From: Lama guanicoe
Lineage: Eukaryota
Assembly: GCA_013239625.1 (NCBI GenBank)
Contig: MU053431.1
Coordinates: forward strand, 1,080,485 to 1,144,484
Direction: 5' to 3'
DNA length: 64,000 bases
Shown one piece after another: positions 60,011-64,000 of the stretch (positions are counted from its first letter, which is position 1; each line of letters opens with the position of its first letter). The notes under the pieces are model-generated. The model was not told the origin of the DNA, did not search any database, and saw only the letters and a list, made by a program, of their open reading frames with translations. The position numbers and the translations under genes are program-made.

Positions 60011-63000
60011 AAACGTGTGGCTCCCTTTGTGTTTACGGCTCCCTCATCTGCAGAAAATGTTCCCTTTCTTGAATTGCTTTAATGGCTGCATTTATGCAGC
60101 TGAAAGTTCCTCAAGAAATGGAAGTAGAATCAAACTGCTGCAAACGCGCAGATAATTTATTGGAGAGTATTCAATTAGAATGTATTAATATTTTAGATTT
60201 CCATCATTAATTTAATATTGAGAGATTTAATTTAGCTGTTGAATCGCTGTAGCACCCTGTGTGGGTGGGGGTTTAGGACGAGAGCGCTGAGCACCTGCCA
60301 AGAGAGGTCAGCCCCCAGCAGGGCACCGCCCCGCCGTTTCCCACCATCGAGGGTTCATCCATGGCCCCGGGGCCTTGTGTCCACAGACCAGACATGGTCC
60401 GCAGGTGTGGGCACTCGGGACTCGCTGTCAAGACCAGGGGGGAGGTCGGTCTGATCAGGGCTCGGAATATTCCAGAACTTGGGGAACAGTGCCCAGCAAC
60501 TGGGGGAGGAGGTGACTGTGAGGGAGAAGGCTGCCTCCCCCTCGCCAACCAACAGGACTAGTTCATTGTTCTTTTCTTCTTATTGAAGGGCAGTCAGTTA
60601 CAATGTGTCCGTTTCTGGTGTGCAGCGCGATGTCTCAAGTATACACGTGTACATACTCACCTCCAGGACAATTTGCACGTTCCCAGGGAAGCCGACCTTC
60701 TGTCCCCTCAGGTTCCTGCACGGATGGGCGGGGCCCCGGGGCCACTGTGGAGCAGGCTGGCCTGCGGATGAGCTCCCGGAGGATGCAGGGTCTTTGAGGG
60801 GTCGGGGCAGGGCTGCCAGTGGCCCCTTCCTGGAAGGGGTGCCCTTGGGTCTGCAGTGTGGCCTCCTCCTCTCTTGTATGAAAGGACGACAGTAGGTCAT
60901 GGTGAAGGTCCTCTGTTCGTCACCACACGTCCGCCAAGCCTTTGCACACCTACTGAGCGCCACTCTGTGCAATTCTAGGCACAAAGGACACACAAAGATA
61001 CAACGAGACAGAGTCCAGCACAGGTTCGTGTCCCGTCAGAACAGGGGACATCAGACAAGCCAAGGACGCGTCTCCTCGAGGCGAGGTCTCAGAAAGCAGC
61101 CCAGCACGCGCCGCACGCACGGCATGGCCTTGGCACCCGGGACAGGAGGCTCATCGGCGAGAGAGGACCGGCGCTGGCGCCCAGGATCGGGGCACTGAAC
61201 CTTCATTTTTAACAGGGACATTCTTTACTTCTGGTCAGTGCGCCCTTTTCTGTAATAATTAAAGCAGACGAACAGTGTGTGTTTGATGGGCCATAAACAG
61301 GCTGCTTTATTTAGCATCAAATTCAAGTCAACCCCTGGACAAGCCAGAACTTCCGCAGACCTCAGCGGACGAATGTTTCTTTTATCAGCAGGAAAGAGGC
61401 AAAAATTCTGCAGCAGAAAGGAGAACTTGGTCTTTCGGCGGAAGCTTCTTTTCCACAGCCCAGGTTTTAAATCAAGCAAGTTCTGGCTTACATGGAGCTC
61501 TGACTGTATTTAGAAATAATAATGTAATAATAACAATTACACCTGGGGGAGCTGATAAAAATGCCTGTGCCAGGCCTCTCAGAGCCCTGGGTTCTGACTG
61601 AGACATTCCAGGTGGACGAGCCTGCAGGCGGGAGCGGGGACCAGGAGGCAGACCTCCTGTAGGCCAGCTGTGGGCCCCGCAGGCCCCTCACACTTGGGAT
61701 GCTGTTTGCTAAAGAAGATCAGGCTGAAAAGCACAGCTCTGGGGATGGGGACCTGGGGACCTGAGGACCCGGTGCCACGGCGGCCACTCTGGGTCCCAGG
61801 CTCCCCACCCCCCGGGGAAGGAGACGGCAGTGGCTGGGAGGCTAGACGGGGTTGAGGAAGGGGAGCGCAGAGGACCCACGGGGTATCTCATCCCATGCGG
61901 GCCACAGGAGCGGCCCGGCAGCTCTTCCCCGGCCGCCCCGCGAGGCACACACGCCCTCAGTCACTGTGCCCGCCGCAGGCAGCACATTCAGTCAGTGTCC
62001 CCGCGGGATCTGAGCTCAAGCAGCACCACTCCCACCGCTGGCCCTGATCGTCCGGTCACTGCCTGGGGTCCGTGTGTCCTTGCAAAGCCCGAAGCCAATG
62101 AAAACTAGCCCTGCTGACCCGTCTCATTCAGAACCAGAGGCTGAAGGGTGGCGGCTACTTCACAGAAATCAAGGGTCCCCTGAGCTTTCACTGAGCTCCA
62201 GCCCCTATTAATGCAAATTTTAAAAGCTTTTAATCTGTGTGAAGTCCCTCCCAGCCACTTGTCAGAGCTGTGGCTACTGAGGATTAATTTTATGGCAGTG
62301 ACATTTCTGATCAACTGTTACTTATAATTAGCCCTATAGATGTTTCTAAATAATCAGATAATATTTGAATCACTTAAATAAATTAAGTAACTGCCTTTCC
62401 TTCTATCAGGGAATCACAGCTATAAATTGGGAACTTTCCAGGGGCAGGTCCATGGATCTGGCTGGTTGAACAGTGGTCGACACTTGGCTGTTAGGCTCCA
62501 GGGAAAAAATGGTTAAATATGTTTCCAAATGTAAGAGGATTATTCTCCATATTCCCATGCACATCAGGAGAATTCAAGCAAGCTGTCAACGTTCCTAAGT
62601 CCAAATGCTCTAAAGGCTTGTGGGGACTCGTGGGGACCCAGGCTTCCTTCACGGCTGGCGCCTGTGTCGGCAGCCCAGCCCCGAGTCTCCCGTCTGCTGT
62701 GCGTGGCCTCCCGTGGTTTCGGGGGTTGGAGGCCAGCACGGGAGACACAAGAGGCCTGTCCGCCTACGAGGGCGAGGCCACTCAGGCTGAGGTTCCTGCA
62801 AACCTGGTTGTCAAGCTCAGTGAGAAGCTGCTCCCAACACTGTCTCCTGGGCCCCTCAAGTGCCCTGTCCCTCCAGCAGCATGCTCTGTCCAGAGACGTC
62901 GTGGGGAGTGGGCTGCCCTGTCCCGGGAGCAGTAGATGTCCCCGTGCTGCCCTGCACCGACCTGTCTGCCGGCCGTGAGGGCTGAGGAGCTCGGAGCCCT

Positions 63001-63769
63001 GTGCCTCCCTAACCTTCCCCGCGTGCCCAAAACAGCCTGACGGCCCTTCCCACGTGTTCCAGAGCTGGGCTCCCTTTGAAGCCCCTGGCAAGGCTGATTC
63101 CTCCCCGGGAGAGCCAGCGGCCTGCAGCCAGCAAGGCCCCCTCCAAGTGCTTCAAAGCCCCCAGACCCAAAGGCCTGAGCAGCCTCAGGGCCCTGACCCT
63201 GGGACTAGGAAAGACCCCACAACCTAAGACACGGGTGCTTCTTTCAGGAAAGCGACACGGCTCCAGGCCCGGGAGGGTGGACGGAACCCCAACAGGTCAG
63301 AGAGGCCTTTCTGGGGGGCCCCAGCTGCTGGCCGCGGGGGCGGGGTTCGTTCACAGGGCTGCGGGGGAGGAAGCAGGGACATTGATCCATCAGGAAGGGG
63401 AGGGGTCCTGGAGTGACCCTTGTATGAGCACCCTGGGCTCAGAGGGACCGTGGGCTGTAGTGCTGATTAGCGATTTCCCAGGTAAACACAGCTTGACCTG
63501 GACGTCAGGTTCTGCTCCCGTGTGGCCCAGTCCAGGGCATCTTGTCTGTAGACCGACCCTGTGGGGCAGCAGGGCCTGGGGAAGGGGGCGCTCTGGGCCA
63601 GCCTCGGCATCTGACCCAGTGCGGGCACTTCCGCGTCGAGCCTCCGGACAGGAAGTGTGGTCTGCCTGTGCCGCGGTGTCCCCTGTGACACCTGGACCCC
63701 TCCGTGGGTCAGCGTCGACTCTTAGTGCTGGTTCGGCAACTCCGGATGGGAGAGGTGCTGGGCCCCTCG

Positions 63770-64000
63770 CTGTCCCGCCTCCCATCAGTGCTCTGGCAGA
63801 ATCCTGGCCTTTTCCAGCTTCTGGGGGCAACTGTGCTCCACGGCCCGTGGCCCTGCCTCCGTCTCTGAGGCCCCAGCACCGCGTCTGCCCATCTCCCTGA
63901 GTCCTCTCTGGTCAAACCACCTCTTCCACCGTCGGGTCAGGACCTCATGCTTGATTAGGGCCCGCCAGTCTCATCCAGGACCATCTCCCACCTCAAGAGC
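63770..64000 (-). mobile_element. MLT1C/D-like LTR fragment running off the window
   Basis: ccttttccagcttctggggg...gattagggcccgcc...atccaggaccatctcccacctcaag. Confidence 0.6.

Larger units (their letters stand above)
51040..64000 (+). other. CDH4: 5' part of CDH4 intron 4
   Basis: Begins gtaagt. The next EC1 exon is not seen in the window. Confidence 0.85.

Noticed and set aside
63076..63900. Longest ORF in the track (274 aa)
   Set aside because: Non-ATG start, low-complexity Pro/Gly/Ala/Arg composition, overlaps an LTR relic, no recognisable domain. Expected by chance in GC-rich DNA.

Overview
Mammalian genomic DNA, most likely a camelid (alpaca/camel), judged from four tRNA-derived SINEs resembling the camelid vic-1 family. 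The window lies inside the R-cadherin gene CDH4 (+ strand). It holds two coding exons: 29676-29902 (prodomain; exon 3 by human numbering) and about 50863-51039 (end of prodomain, RRQKR|DWV convertase site, start of EC1; exon 4). They are flanked by the end of intron 2, a ~21 kb intron 3 and the start of intron 4. The rest is GC-rich intron with old and young L1s, SINEs, MaLR/ERV LTRs, hAT DNA-transposon fossils, microsatellites, CpG-rich patches and short AT-rich homeobox/POU-motif islands that may be enhancers. Almost all other ORFs in the track are GC-rich noise. I found no prokaryotic-type system, CRISPR array or novel protein gene. The most notable signals are patchy AT-to-GC rewriting of ancient L1s and of exon 3 (suggesting GC-biased gene conversion), a shifted tandem NAGNAG acceptor at exon 4, a GTG where human has an internal Met, and a new RDRR motif in the prodomain. 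Repeat family names and human comparisons are from memory, not from searches.
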